From Octopus sinensis (taxonomy: Eukaryota): a stretch of 64,000 nucleotides of DNA. The notes below the pieces were generated by a model, which worked only from the letters and a program-made list of their open reading frames with translations, searched no databases and was not told the DNA's origin. The stretch is taken from the NCBI RefSeq assembly GCF_006345805.1, contig NC_043015.1, positions 31,496,001 through 31,560,000 on the forward strand, given 5' to 3'. The position numbers were made by a program, and so were the translations under genes. Positions 51,664 through 63,242 of the stretch are shown one piece after another; position 1 is the first letter of the stretch; each line of letters begins with the position of its first letter.

Positions 51664-52001
51664 AATCTAACTTGGAGCTTTTCCTCACCATACTCACGGA
51701 CCAGCAACTTTTGGTGAATTGGACACACAACTTCCAGAGCAACCACAGTTTCTTTTATCATGTAGCCATCGAAGGAAAATATTCATACATCGTAAATGCC
51801 ACTCAACAGTTTTTGCTTGATGTCCCATGTTCACTGGACAACGATCAAAATGTTGTCTTACAAGTTTCCATTCAACTTGTTGTGGAGACTGGAATCTTTC
51901 TTCCAGAAGTACGGAAAAATGTTACCATGTGTTCAAATAGAGGATTGAAAACTTTTAAATTATCAGATGAAAATGTGGCATCTAGTTCAGGAGATAGATA
52001 G
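51664..52001 (+). CDS. Cytokine receptor-like gene, exon N (seventh FN3-type domain, reads to TAG stop)
   Basis: TTTCCAG acceptor, phase 1. Encodes ESNLELFLTILTDQQLLVNW...FYHVAIEG...VLQVSIQ...VTMCSNRG...SSGDR*. The 3' boundary is uncertain because there is no GT where the FN3 ends. Confidence 0.75.
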
Positions 52002-52521
52002 ACAGACAGACAGATAAACTGATTTGTATACCTATGTTGTAGATTGGGTTTATTTTATGATATACTAATATTTTTTATAGTTCAATTTTGAGAGATAACT
52101 TTGCCTTTTCTTGTTCTACTATTTTTGATAGCAGAAATACACTGTGGGCTAATTGAAATTAAGTCTTTGAATTTCTACAGTTATAATAACTTAATTTTGT
52201 CATTTTATACTTCTAACCATCAAAATTATGTATATAAAAAAAAATGAAATTTAATTTAAATTTTGACCTGCATTATTTTTGCAAAAGCTTAAGATAATAT
52301 TAATATCACCCAGCAGTATTAATCTTCATCTTTAACTGGTTTCAGTCATTGGACAGTGGCCATGCTGGGGCACTGCCTAGAAGTGTTCAGTCAAACAAAT
52401 CAACTCCAGTTCTTATTTTTTTAAAGTCTGGTACATATTCTATCACTCTCTTTTGCTGAACCATTAAGTCATGGGGACATAAACAAACCAACACATACAC
52501 CCCCACACACATGCATACACA

Positions 52522-52829
52522 TAAATGTTTTAAATATTTTTTTTAAGTCAAGTTATAAAAAATTAATTATACAGGCCAATAGTTTGTACTATTACCTGGT
52601 ATTTCAGTATTTTAGGGTTAGGATCCCTTCTTCGGGAAATTTACAGAGAAAAGGTGTTGATAACTGATGTCTCTGCTCGCAACACCTTTTCTCTGTAAAT
52701 TTCCTGAAGAAGGGCTACTAACCCCGAAATACTGAAATACCTTGTAATAGTATAAACCATTGACCTGTATTATTAATAGTTTGTAACTTGCATTGTTTTG
52801 ACTTTAAAAAAAAATATTTAAAACATTTT
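52522..52829. repeat. Fold-back with about 135-bp arms and a loop of about 20 nt
   Basis: Left arm ending ...AGAGAAAAGGTGTTG pairs with CAACACCTTTTCTCT... through to the AT-rich termini. Confidence 0.9.
52699..52738 (+). ncRNA. Hammerhead-like motif with non-canonical stem III
   Basis: ATTTC-CTGAAGA-AGGG-CTACTAA-CCCC-GAAA-TACT-GAAAT. Stem I is perfect; stem II closes with an A-C mismatch (A-T in the mirror arm); there is no NUH triplet. Confidence 0.35.
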
Positions 52830-54039
52830 ATATATCAGACAATGCTTCATAAAATTATACTCTTCTAATATCTGTCTGTTTGTCTATCTATCTGTCTATT
52901 TTAATTGAAGTGTACAGTATTATATATCCATCACGGCTGATCTTACCAAGTGGTTTTGCACTGGGGATTCAATGGAATATTAAGCAACAGTTTGGTTATG
53001 TAACCCTGCGCTTATCAGAGGTAGTCATTGTGGAATGGAACAGGGTGACTTCTCTCTATTGTCGGAGTTGAATAGACACATCTGGTTTGTGGTTGCTGTG
53101 TGCAAATATACTCACACACACACACAAGATGAACATCTTTCAGTTTCTGTTTATGAAATTCACACAAGGCTTTGGTCAACCTGGAGTTGTATTAGAAGAT
53201 ACTCACCCAAGGTGCTGTGCAGTGGGACTGAACCCAAAACCATGTGGTTGGAAAACAAACTTCATAACTATGCAGCCATACTTTCACAGTATTAAAGGTT
53301 AAAGACCCCTTTTGCTCATGAATAACCATGGGATTGCACCTTGAAAATTCCCCGCCGAGGTACAAGTCTGGGCAAGGCTGTTTATGGAAGACCATCAATT
53401 GCCCATGCATACCAGCCTCCTCTCTCCCTGCCACCAATGTTATCCAAGGGATATCCACAGTACCAATATTCAAATATTCAATATTAATTAACATTTTTTT
53501 ATTAATGAAAAAATTAACATTCTCATAACTTTGTTTAAATTGAGAAATAAACAATAAATTGCAAAAGTATTTTTTATATCATCACTAACTCATATTTATC
53601 ATCGTTTTTTTTTTTTTTTTAATATTTATGACCATATTAAACTTCAAACATGAAACATAAACAATGTTATTGTTTTATTTTAACCCAGTAATGGACAAAA
53701 TGGTCCAAGTAGGCCACCGGTCATCTGCAGCATGTTTCATATGACCAAGGAAGTCTCTAACAGTTTTCTTGTCTAAGATAATCTAAAATCTTGATTAGCT
53801 AAAAGTAAATCTGTGCATAGCGGATTATACATTGTATCTGTTATCTCTTGCTTGTTTCAATCATTAGACTACGGCCATGCTGGGGCACTGCCTTGAAGAA
53901 TTTTTACTCAAATGAATCAACCCCAGTACTTTTTTTAAGCCTGGTACTTATTCTATCGGGTCTCTTTTGCCAAACTGCTAAGTTACAGAGATGTAAATAC
54001 ACAACACTGGTTGTCAAGAGGTGGTGGGGGACAAATACA

Positions 54040-54079
<40 letters not shown>

Positions 54080-54088
54080 ACTACATAA

Positions 54089-54285
54089 GAGAGAAAGATA
54101 ATAAAGGAATAAATTATTGTCTTGTGAACTTCATTAGCTTACAGCTGTTTCTGCTATGAGATGTAGTGGACTCAGTTGAGTGCTTGAATAACATCTCACA
54201 GCTTCAGAGCCTTGTATATGCAGAAACAGCCGTAACCTAATGAAATTTCATAAGATTATCATTTATTCCTTTGTCATCTCTCTCT
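54089..54285. repeat. Fold-back containing a damaged hammerhead (54136-54211, - strand)
   Basis: Arms GAGAGAAAGATAATAAAGG...CAGCTGTTTCTGC and GCAGAAACAGCCG...CATCTCTCTC. Minus strand reads GGCT-CTGAAG(C)-TGTGAGATGT..ACATCTCATAGCA-GAAA-CAGCTG-TA-AGCT. Confidence 0.7.
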
Positions 54286-57079
54286 CTCTCTCTCTTATTA
54301 CCGTTCTGTACTCAGCCAATACTTTGTTCTAAGACATACATATACTGAGTTCTTCATCAGGTTATTGGTGTCACAATGCCTAAGTGAGCTACATATGTAT
54401 GTGATGGGCTACTTTCAGTTTCTTATTTCTTTACTACCCACAAGGGGCTAAACACAGAGGAGACAAACAAGGATAGACAAATGGATTAAGTCGATTATAT
54501 TGACCCCAGTGAGTAACTGGTACTTAATTTTTGACCCTGAAAGGATGAAAGGCAAAGTCAATCTTGGCAGAATTTGAACTCAGAACGTAGCGGCAGACGA
54601 AATACTGCTAAGCATTTCGGCGTGCTAACATTTCTGCCAGCTCACTGCCTTAGCCTCTTATACGTACCCTACAGTGTCATCTTGAAAATAAACAAACACA
54701 CAATCAAAATCTCAAAGCTCTGAGACAATGCATGATTAATTCAAAATGATATGAATAAATAAGCATTAAAATTGACAGAGCAACCTGAATACTAAAAGGT
54801 GGAGGGCGGTGTGGGGGGGGTAAGTCGATTATGTTGACCCCAGTATCCAACTGGTACTTTATCAACCCCTAAAGGATAAAAGGCAAAATCAACCATGACA
54901 GAATTTGAACTTGGAACATAAAATCAGATGAAATGCTGCCAAGCATTTTTCCAGGTGTGCTGACAATTCCGCCAGCTTGCTACCTGAAAGGTAAATGGAT
55001 ATTAAGATGGTGTTTGGACAGAATTAAACAAAGCACAAATATAAGATGGTGTTTGGAACATAAAAATTTCTGACATAAAATGATGATTGAAGGTTTTATT
55101 TTAGATATAAAGTCTTTAAAATGAAAAGTTTAGCAGCATAGAACCGAAAGTGGTCTCACTTAATTTGATATGTACAAGAGTTTTGGTGTTGAGGGCAAAA
55201 GTGGACGGTCTGAGGAGCATTGTGGGTAATTTAGCAGTTGCACAGCAGCTTTCTATGTTGAGAGTATATGAAAATAAATTGCCAGCTAAATACAGAATTT
55301 AGTTCACAAAAGAAAAAATTCAACAAGTGATTGTGTGTGTAAGAGTTGTATGTATCTGAGTGTATGTATGTGTGTGTGTGTGTGTGCCTTGATAAGATGG
55401 AAGAAACAGATGTTTGTAGTTGTAATGTGCTGTTGTTATTGTTGTAGTTATTGCTCATCTTTCTTGGCGTTGATAAATTATTGAGTGGCTGTGTGGTAAG
55501 TAGCTTTGTTTACCAACCACATGGTTCCGGGTTCTGTCCCACTGCGTGGCACCTTGAGCATGTGTCTTCTACTGTAGCCTTGGGCCGACCAAAGCCTTTT
55601 GAGTGGATTTGGTAGACGGAAATTGGAAGAAGCCCATCGTATATATGTATATATATATATATGCGTGTGTGTGTTTGTGTGTCTGTGTTTGTCCCCCTAG
55701 CATTGCTTGACAACAAACAGATGGTGTGTTTATGTCCCCGTTACTTAGCGGTTTGGCAAAAGAGACCGATAGAATAAGTACTGGGCTTACAAAAGAATAA
55801 GTCCCGGGGTCGAGTTGCTCGATTAAAGGCGGTGCTCCAGCATGGCCACAGTCAAATGACTGAAACAAGTAAAAGAGTAAAAGAGAACCATATCCTGTTA
55901 ACTCCCTCCACTTCAGATTATCTGTGTGACCTTTGATCTGACATGTTTTAATAGTCAGAGATGCTCTAACACTGAATTAAGTATTGACACATTTCTTCTG
56001 ATTTGTTGTTGTTGTTGTTTAGATCAGGGTCAGCCTTGATCTGGCAGACTTAAAATCTAAAGGTGTTCCAGCTGTGGCCACCTCATCTATTTGTATATTA
56101 AACATTATATTATATCATGTGTGTGTCCCTATTTTAAAGACAGATGAATGTGAGATGTGAAAGATTTGGAAGCTATGTCTACCAGGGAGTCAAATTGTTC
56201 TGAGGTTCCTTTCTTGGCTCATTTTGATTCGTTTATATTTTATTGTTGTTGTTATCATTAAATTTACTTCAAAGATCAGAGAGTCTCTTCAGGGTAGGCC
56301 ACTACTTCTTTGCATTGAGAATTAGCAGTTCTGGTACTATGGACATGTGATTTAAACGTTGCTGGGAAGAATCACAAGACAAATTCTTCAAGTTGAGCTA
56401 GCAGAAAACCTAGGGGTAGATTGAGTCTCGGGTGGTCATGTTTAGGAATCGAGCTGGAAAGTTTAATGATGATTACTTCTGGTCAGACCCTAAAGACTCT
56501 ACTCCCATGACCCTCCCAAGAATTGTGGGTGGAGAAGAGGGATGGCTGTTGTTATTGTTGTTTAACCCTTGTCAGTTCTGATTCAGTAAGCATATGATAT
56601 ACAGGACACTCCAAATTTGACCAACCAGTCTGTTTTTCTTTTTTTTTCCAGAATATTTATCTAAAACCACATTATTTAGTGTATTCTTTCTTTTTTAAAA
56701 TTCTAGAGTGTGATTTAAAGAAATTTTGGCTGTTATTTCTAAGAACTCCTCTGACAATAAAAACATCTACATCCTATGTAGAATTGGATGTCTTATGGGT
56801 TTTTGTTGTTGTTGTTTAGCCCCAGGCTAGCACTGATCAGTACATCTATGATGAAGGGCATTCAAGCCATGACCATCTAGTCTGATTTTAAAGACTATCT
56901 TACTAAATGTTTCCCTCTGTTTTTAAGACAGGGCAGTGTGATTTGAGAATGATTTGACTGCTAGTTTTAACAGCTGGTCTGACCATGTAGCACTTCTTTT
57001 GTTGGCCTGTATATCTTATGCTTGAGGACAATAGAGGTTTAGGGATCAGGTAAAGTTGTCCTTTGGTTCTTCCAATTTG

Positions 57080-57530
57080 TTGAGTGAATTTCAAAAAAGC
57101 ATTTTACTCACTGTTGCAAGTCACCTCCTGTAGGAAAGAAAATTCCAGAGGGCCAATGTTCAGAGGAGAGGAGGACTGAATGTGGTCCAGGGCTTGCGGA
57201 TGGGTGAACTTAGACAGAGGTAACAAGAGGTGGAAAGGTGAGTGAGTCAGGGAGGCGAGAGTGGGGGATGAACAAGATTAGCCAGATCAGAGAAACAGGG
57301 GCCATTATAACGGCAGCAGAAAAGACAGAATGAGGACAAAAGCATGCTTGTGGGTTAGAGACTGGAGTATGTCCATTAGTGATGTGATTGAATGCCAATC
57401 AGTTGAGTGACATTTCCGTGGGTGTGACCCAAGATGTCTGTCTGTGTGTAGCAGTAGTATTATCCCAGTACTCCGTTGTGGGCTTCACTTGTGACTTGTA
57501 GGGTTGTCAGCAGCTGCTCGGGGTTGAAGT
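57080..57530 (-). mobile_element. CR1/Jockey-like LINE C-terminal remnant
   Basis: Peptide QPYKSQVKPTTEYW (LYKxxVRPxxEY motif) with a degenerate downstream region. Confidence 0.6.
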
Positions 57531-57595
57531 ATGTGTGTGTGTGTGTGTGTATATATGTACAATGTAAATTGTTTGTTCTAATCTACAATGTTCTG

Positions 57596-58214
57596 CTATT
57601 CGTGGCACATTTTCATGCTGACATCCCATAAATCAAAAATAAATTCCTTATCTCTTGTAAGTGGTGAAAGTTTTTCTGAGGCAATAAGGCCCACATTCTG
57701 GAAATAATGTCCTGAAACCTCACCAAGACTATCCTCCAATGTCATGTATACAATTGTCTTGGCAGCATCCGTTGCTTTTCGACCTAACACGGAAAGAAAG
57801 AAAGACATAAATTTACGAAATCTACCTGAGTTACTTTTGTTCAAAATATTGGTTGCCACAAATCCTGGATTCATGGAATTAGCGGTGACACCAGTGCCAG
57901 AAAGTCGGTTTGTCAAGACCTTTGCATGAAGTATATTGCATAGTTTGCTCATGTGATATCCACTGAGACCTGGGTATTTAACCTTGTTTGTTTCGGAACC
58001 TCGATTCAATTTTGGTTTCTTTTTGATATAACGATGTACAAAAGAGCTCACGTTGATGATACGGCTTGGTGCTGACTTCTTCAGCAGATCCAGGAGTAAG
58101 TAAGTGAGTAAAAAACTCCCCAAATAGTTCACTCCAAATATATAATCAAAACTCTGACGTGTAGTAGGTGCTTCAGAGAAACTTGTTCCAGCATTGTTTA
58201 CCAAAATGTCTAAC
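57596..58214 (-). CDS. Retinol dehydrogenase 11/12/13/14-like SDR, exon 2
   Basis: TTTCTCTTACCTAG acceptor; splicing gives R|LDILVNNAG. Contains FGVNYLGSFLLTYLLLDLLKKSAPSRIINVSS and the catalytic YHMSK (YxxxK); TAG stop at 57596-98. Confidence 0.95.
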
Positions 58215-58789
58215 CTAGGTAAGAGAAATGAAAATTTATCAATAAGAAAAATGATACAAAAAAACCCCCCAAAACACTCAAATAATTTGTTTGTTTTTCA
58301 CTTCTCTTTCTCACACACACATATACAGGCATATTTTCTGTCTCTCTCTCTTTCTCTCTCTCTCTCTCTCATGAACACATATACTCTCTCTCTCTCTCAT
58401 GCACACACATATATACTCTGTCTCTCTCACACACACACACACATATATACTCTCTCTCTTCTTGTTTCTCTTGTATACTCTCTCTCTCGATTATATATTG
58501 AGTTGTCCGGAAAGTTCCTGCCGATTTACAGTAGCTTACCTTTCAATTTATTTTAGAACATGGTTCTAAATACATGTACAAAAAAAACATAGAGAAATGA
58601 ATACACACATAGTTCGGTGTGAGAGTTATAAGGGAGTATCTGAAAATTGTGACAGAACAAATATCGTAGAGTTTTTTATTTGAAAAGTACTGGTTTTTCC
58701 CAGTTTTCTTGCTGATGCTTAATGCCTACATACATTCATGCATGCATATACACATGCATACACACAAGCATTCATACGTACATACATGC

Positions 58790-58960
58790 ATAATGGCTGC
58801 CCCCTCGTTATCGAGTATGGCCATTGCACGAAGCTCAACTGTTACTGGTGCTGTGATCGAATGTGACTTTTTAGCCCAGCTAAAGATCTACAATGTCTTG
58901 TACAGAATTGGTAGCTAAAACCTTTACTGACAGTAGCCGGCTGTAGTTGTAACTGGGCTT
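58790..58960 (-). mobile_element. RTE-type LINE 3' end with degenerate C2H2 finger
   Basis: Peptide FCTRHCRSLAGLKSHIRSQH. Confidence 0.55.
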
Positions 58961-59054
58961 GCTTGCTTGCATGCATGCATGCATGCATATATACATACAT
59001 CACACATACATACATACATACATACATACATACAGTGCATCCCTTGATCAATTT

Positions 59055-59525
59055 TGCATACATGAGGCTGATAACATCATGAGACTTGGAAAGCAGTTCC
59101 TTGAGCAGTATTCTTTGTCTGATAACCTTAAATACATACCCAAAGAACTTGCATGACTCTGCCGCAACATGTCATCAACTGAAAGGATGAGCCTATATCA
59201 GCAGAAGACCATGCATGGATATGTTAGTCTGGGATGGTAGTAATAGGGATCATCAAAACAGTCTATTATAGACCAATATCTGGATTACTAACTCCCACTT
59301 TGCAGGGTAAGCGTTTGTAATCCACGAACAGGAAATATCAATCAAATATCTGATGCACAAAAGGGACAGAGTCACAGGAAAATGCAATAACGGATGCAGA
59401 CTTTGTGGAGTTGACACTGAAGATATCACCCACATTATAAGCAGTAGTCTGAAAATGTCATCACAGTATTATCTACCAATGAGAGATGATGTTGTTGCTA
59501 GGACATTGTATAATGAGATTACTTA
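59055..59525 (+). mobile_element. R4/Dong-like (restriction-like endonuclease) non-LTR retrotransposon remnant
   Basis: Peptides HEQEISIKYLMHKRDR and CRLCGVDTEDITHIISS...RDDVVARTLY (CCHC knuckle). Confidence 0.75.
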
Positions 59526-59999
59526 TTTTTCTTTTTAAGCCCGATACTTATTCTATTGGTCTCTTTTTGCTAAGCTACGGGGAACATAAACAAACCAACA
59601 CTGGTTGTCAAGCAGTGGTGAGGAACAAACACAAACACAAAGACACACACTGATACACACACACACACACACATATATATACATATATATATACACATAT
59701 ATAAAACACAGGTCATAAAACACCATTTTGTTTTTCCAAGAAAACTGATTTATGTCAAAAACTAGTCCTTTTCAACAGTAGTTACTGTACATAAAATCCT
59801 ACTGTTATTGTAAGAAATTGTTGACTTCTAAGTACAAAGTTTATTTAAATTTTGTATAAACTTCTGTAAACAACTTGTTTTCAACTATGGAAGTAGCTTA
59901 CTAGTTTTCAAAACAGTTCTGCTACTGGCACATAAATATTTTCATAACTTTAAGAATGTTAGTTGTTGTTGTTCCTGTTGTTGCTATTGTTGTTGTAAC

Positions 60000-60362
60000 T
60001 GCTGTTACTGCTTGTTTGTTTGTTTGTTTGTTGAGCAAAGCGGTCTTCATGGTCCTTTGCTATACGTAAGACCCGCAGAAGAGAAAGCAGGTCAACCCCT
60101 GACACCGAGAGCATCGACGGATGGATGAATGCGCATCCAGGCTCAGCGGTTGCATAGGAAGTTGGGGACAAGAAACAGGAAGAAAGAGTGAGAGAAAGTT
60201 GGGGCGAAAGAGAACAACAGGGGTCGCCACCACCCCCTGCTGGAGCCTTGTGGAGCTTTAGGTGTTTTCACTCAATAAACACACACAACGCCCGGTCTGG
60301 GAATCGAAAGGGCGATCCTCTGACTGCGAGTCCGCTGCCTTAACCACTGGGCCATTGCGCCT
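60000..60362 (-). mobile_element. tRNA-derived SINE family 3
   Basis: Minus-strand head AGGCGCAATGGCCCAGTGGTTAAGGCAGCGGACTCGCAG...TTCGATTCCCAGACCGG with A and B boxes; (CAAA/CAA) tail; an isolated head fragment lies at 20920-20936. Confidence 0.8.
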
Positions 60363-60812
60363 ATACTGTTGTTGTTATTGTTGTTTAGCCCCTCCAAGTG
60401 AATTCTAATCTCACAGAGTTATGATCAAAGACAGTCCAACTGTGATCATCACAACTTTTTAAGGGATATACGAGGTGATATCAAATGCTTTGTATGTATA
60501 TACACACACACGTGCAAGCACGCGCACACACACACACTCACACACACACACGGAGACACAAAGTCAATTGAACAAATACCAACATAAGAAAAGTGTTGTT
60601 GATGATGATGATGATTACCATGATGATGTTTATGTAGGGGTGTGTTAAAATGTTAGGTCATATAGGTGAGTGTATATGAGAAAGGAGTATTTAAAAAAAT
60701 GTTTTTATGCATACGTGATTATTGCTTATGTAAATACGTATGTATTTATGTTTGCATATATTTTGGACATGGCTACAATAAAATAAAATAAAATAAAATA
60801 AAATTCCCTCAC

Positions 60813-61213
60813 CTCTGTTCATTTCTGATGACCTGTCGCGCTAGTCTTCTCACAGACTCTAAATCACTGAGATTCAATTGTATTGTTCGGAGATTCTCAT
60901 TACCGGTTTCTTTGATAATACTCTCAGCTGCTTTTACAGCTTTACTCAAGTTCCTGCATGCCAAAAGCACCCTTGCTCCTCGGCTGGCGAAATCTAGAGC
61001 CGTGGCATATCCTATGCCTGAATTAGCACCTGTAATTAACGCCGTCTTACCATCGAGTCGTTTTTCATTGTTGTAATGTAATCTTGAAATGTGTTCAGAA
61101 TAGAACCTGTAGGCTTTGTACACCAGATGAATAATGGGTAACAGAATAAAACCCAGAACGATGTGCATCCAGTACATGGCCAACATTTGGCAATGGAATT
61201 GTTCTATATGCAT
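60813..61213 (-). CDS. Retinol dehydrogenase 11/12/13/14-like SDR, exon 1
   Basis: Hydrophobic N-terminal anchor, then LDGKTALITGANSGIG (TGxxxGxG), LLACRN and LNLSDLESVR; GTGAGG donor, phase 2. The start codon is uncertain among ATGs at 61213, 61186 and 61177. Confidence 0.92.
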
Positions 61214-61422
61214 TGAGGATTTTTTTTAACACCTTCGAATAGATCAAAGTGTCTCTACCTCACTCTTCCCAATCTCTCATTCTCTCCCTGTTGCTACTTC
61301 AGTTTCTCTATTTATCTTAGTTATCTCTGTCTGTCTGTCTGTCTTAATTTATTGTCAGTTCTCTTAATTTACCTCTCTAAATATATCTCTCTCTTTCTCT
61401 GTTCCTTTGTCTCTCTCTCTCC

Positions 61423-61454
<32 letters not shown>

Positions 61455-61864
61455 GTTTCTTTGTCTGTGTCTCTGTCTGTCTGTCTCTTTCTGTCTCTGT
61501 CTCTCTCTTTTTTTGTCATTTTATTGTCTAAATTTATTATCATTTCTCTTAATTTATCTATCTAAACACTGGCTATGCTATCTCTCTCTCTTTGTCATTT
61601 TGTTATCAATTTGTTACTGTTTGCTTACACTCACCCTCTCTCTCTCCCTCTCTCTCTCTCTTCCCATTCCTCTCTCTAGTTTCTCACTCTTCATTTTTTT
61701 AATCAGTTTAACTCACAGTATCTCTCTCTCTCTCTCTCACTCTGTCTTTTCCTGTCCCACACTCCCTCTCTCTCTCAGTTCCTTTATCTCTCTACATTCC
61801 ACCTCTTCTCTTATTGACCTGATCTGCCTATTGATCAACTAACTGCAGTTCAAACTCCATTTGT

Positions 61865-62120
61865 AATGGCTACTACTACTACTACTACTACTACTACTAT
61901 ACTACTACTACTACCATGCCGCCGCCGGCGACAACGACGACCACAACCATCACCACTACTGCTGTTACTACTACTGTTGCTGCTGCTGCTGCTGATGATG
62001 ATGATTATGATGATGATGATACTGCTACCACCACTTTTTTTTACCACTGCTGCTGTGACTGTCATCATCATCGTCATCGTCGTTGTCGTTGTCATCATCC
62101 TCATTATCATCATCGTTACC
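61865..62120. repeat. Mixed trinucleotide tract (CTA, CGA, GCT, GAT, CAT)
   Basis: Direct reading. Confidence 0.9.
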
Positions 62121-62578
62121 ATAAGCTGCTGGAATAGGTACTCCACTTGGCCAGCATAGAAGTAGCTTTGAAAATATCACCAAACATGGACCACCAAATT
62201 TAAAAATGAAAAAAACAAAAAAAGAGACAATGTGAAAATTAAACAGCTGCACGATGGGAACCAAAGAAAAGAATAATAATTTTTTTTATCATTGAGTTTA
62301 TTGAATGATAACGAGTATAATGAAAAACAATGTTAACAGCACAGCGTTTATAACTTTTCATCTTTTGCAAGTTTTGTGGGTCACAGGGAGCTCCTTGATA
62401 TGAGCAAGCTCAAAGAAATTGAGAAAATATGGAGAAAATATGTCAAGAAGGGGAAAAAATGGAACAATGGAGAGAGAGAGAGAGCTGAAGAGCAAGAGAA
62501 AGTGAGAGGGAGAGAGAGAATAGACAAATAAAGTAACAGAAATGCAAAATGGTTGAGAAAAGGGATAATATAGAAAGA

Positions 62579-62996
62579 GGATCTTTACCTTTTGACCGAC
62601 AGATTTAAAAAATAATTTTTTGTAACTAAACACTTTCAAACTTCGGAAACTGGTAGAATGTGTCATATAAAACATCTTTTACTCTTAGCATTTTTGAGGA
62701 AAACTTATTTTTACAAAGTAATTTCACATTAAAGTAGTCCTATTTTGGTAATTTCAACCAATCAATGACGTGTATTCAGCTGAGTAAAATTACTGCCATT
62801 GTTTGTCACCAACAACTTCCGGCGGTGTATTTTTCATTTGTCACTGTTATTTATGACAACCCTAACCCTAAAACCTTAAAGCTAAAACCAGTACAAACGC
62901 ACGAATGATGTCATAAATATCAGTGACAAATGAAGTTTGAAAGTGTTTAGTTACAAAAAATTATTTTGAAATCTGTAGGTCAAAAGGTGAAGATCT
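62579..62996. mobile_element. MITE with about 65-bp TIRs and an 8-bp TSD
   Basis: TIR GGATCTTTACCTTTTGACCGACAG...CAAACTTC against GAAGTTTG...GGTGAAGATCT; TAGAAAGA duplicated at 62571-78 and 62997-63004; internal CCCTAACCCTAA. Confidence 0.9.
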
Positions 62997-63209
62997 TAGA
63001 AAGAAAATTTTTAAAGTGATCTCATCAGATATTCTATTGAAATTAGAGCCAGCTGACTCTAATTTCTATAGAGTATCTAGAGAAATAAATAGCACTGCTG
63101 ACACAGGTAGGACATAGTATCATTGTATAAACCTTTAATATACTTGGCAGAATATTATGGTTGCATAACGACATGTAGTGTCCCTGCCAGCAATTAATAT
63201 ATAAAAAGA

Positions 63210-63242
<33 letters not shown>

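Noticed and set aside
56186-56293. Candidate transmembrane exon for the receptor (GSQIVLRFLSWLILIRLYFIVVVIIKFTSKIRESLQ, phase 1-1)
   Set aside because: The acceptor lies in a dispersed repeat (compare 41240-41297) with no pyrimidine tract, there are two Arg in the hydrophobic stretch, and no cytoplasmic exon follows. Not excluded without RNA data.
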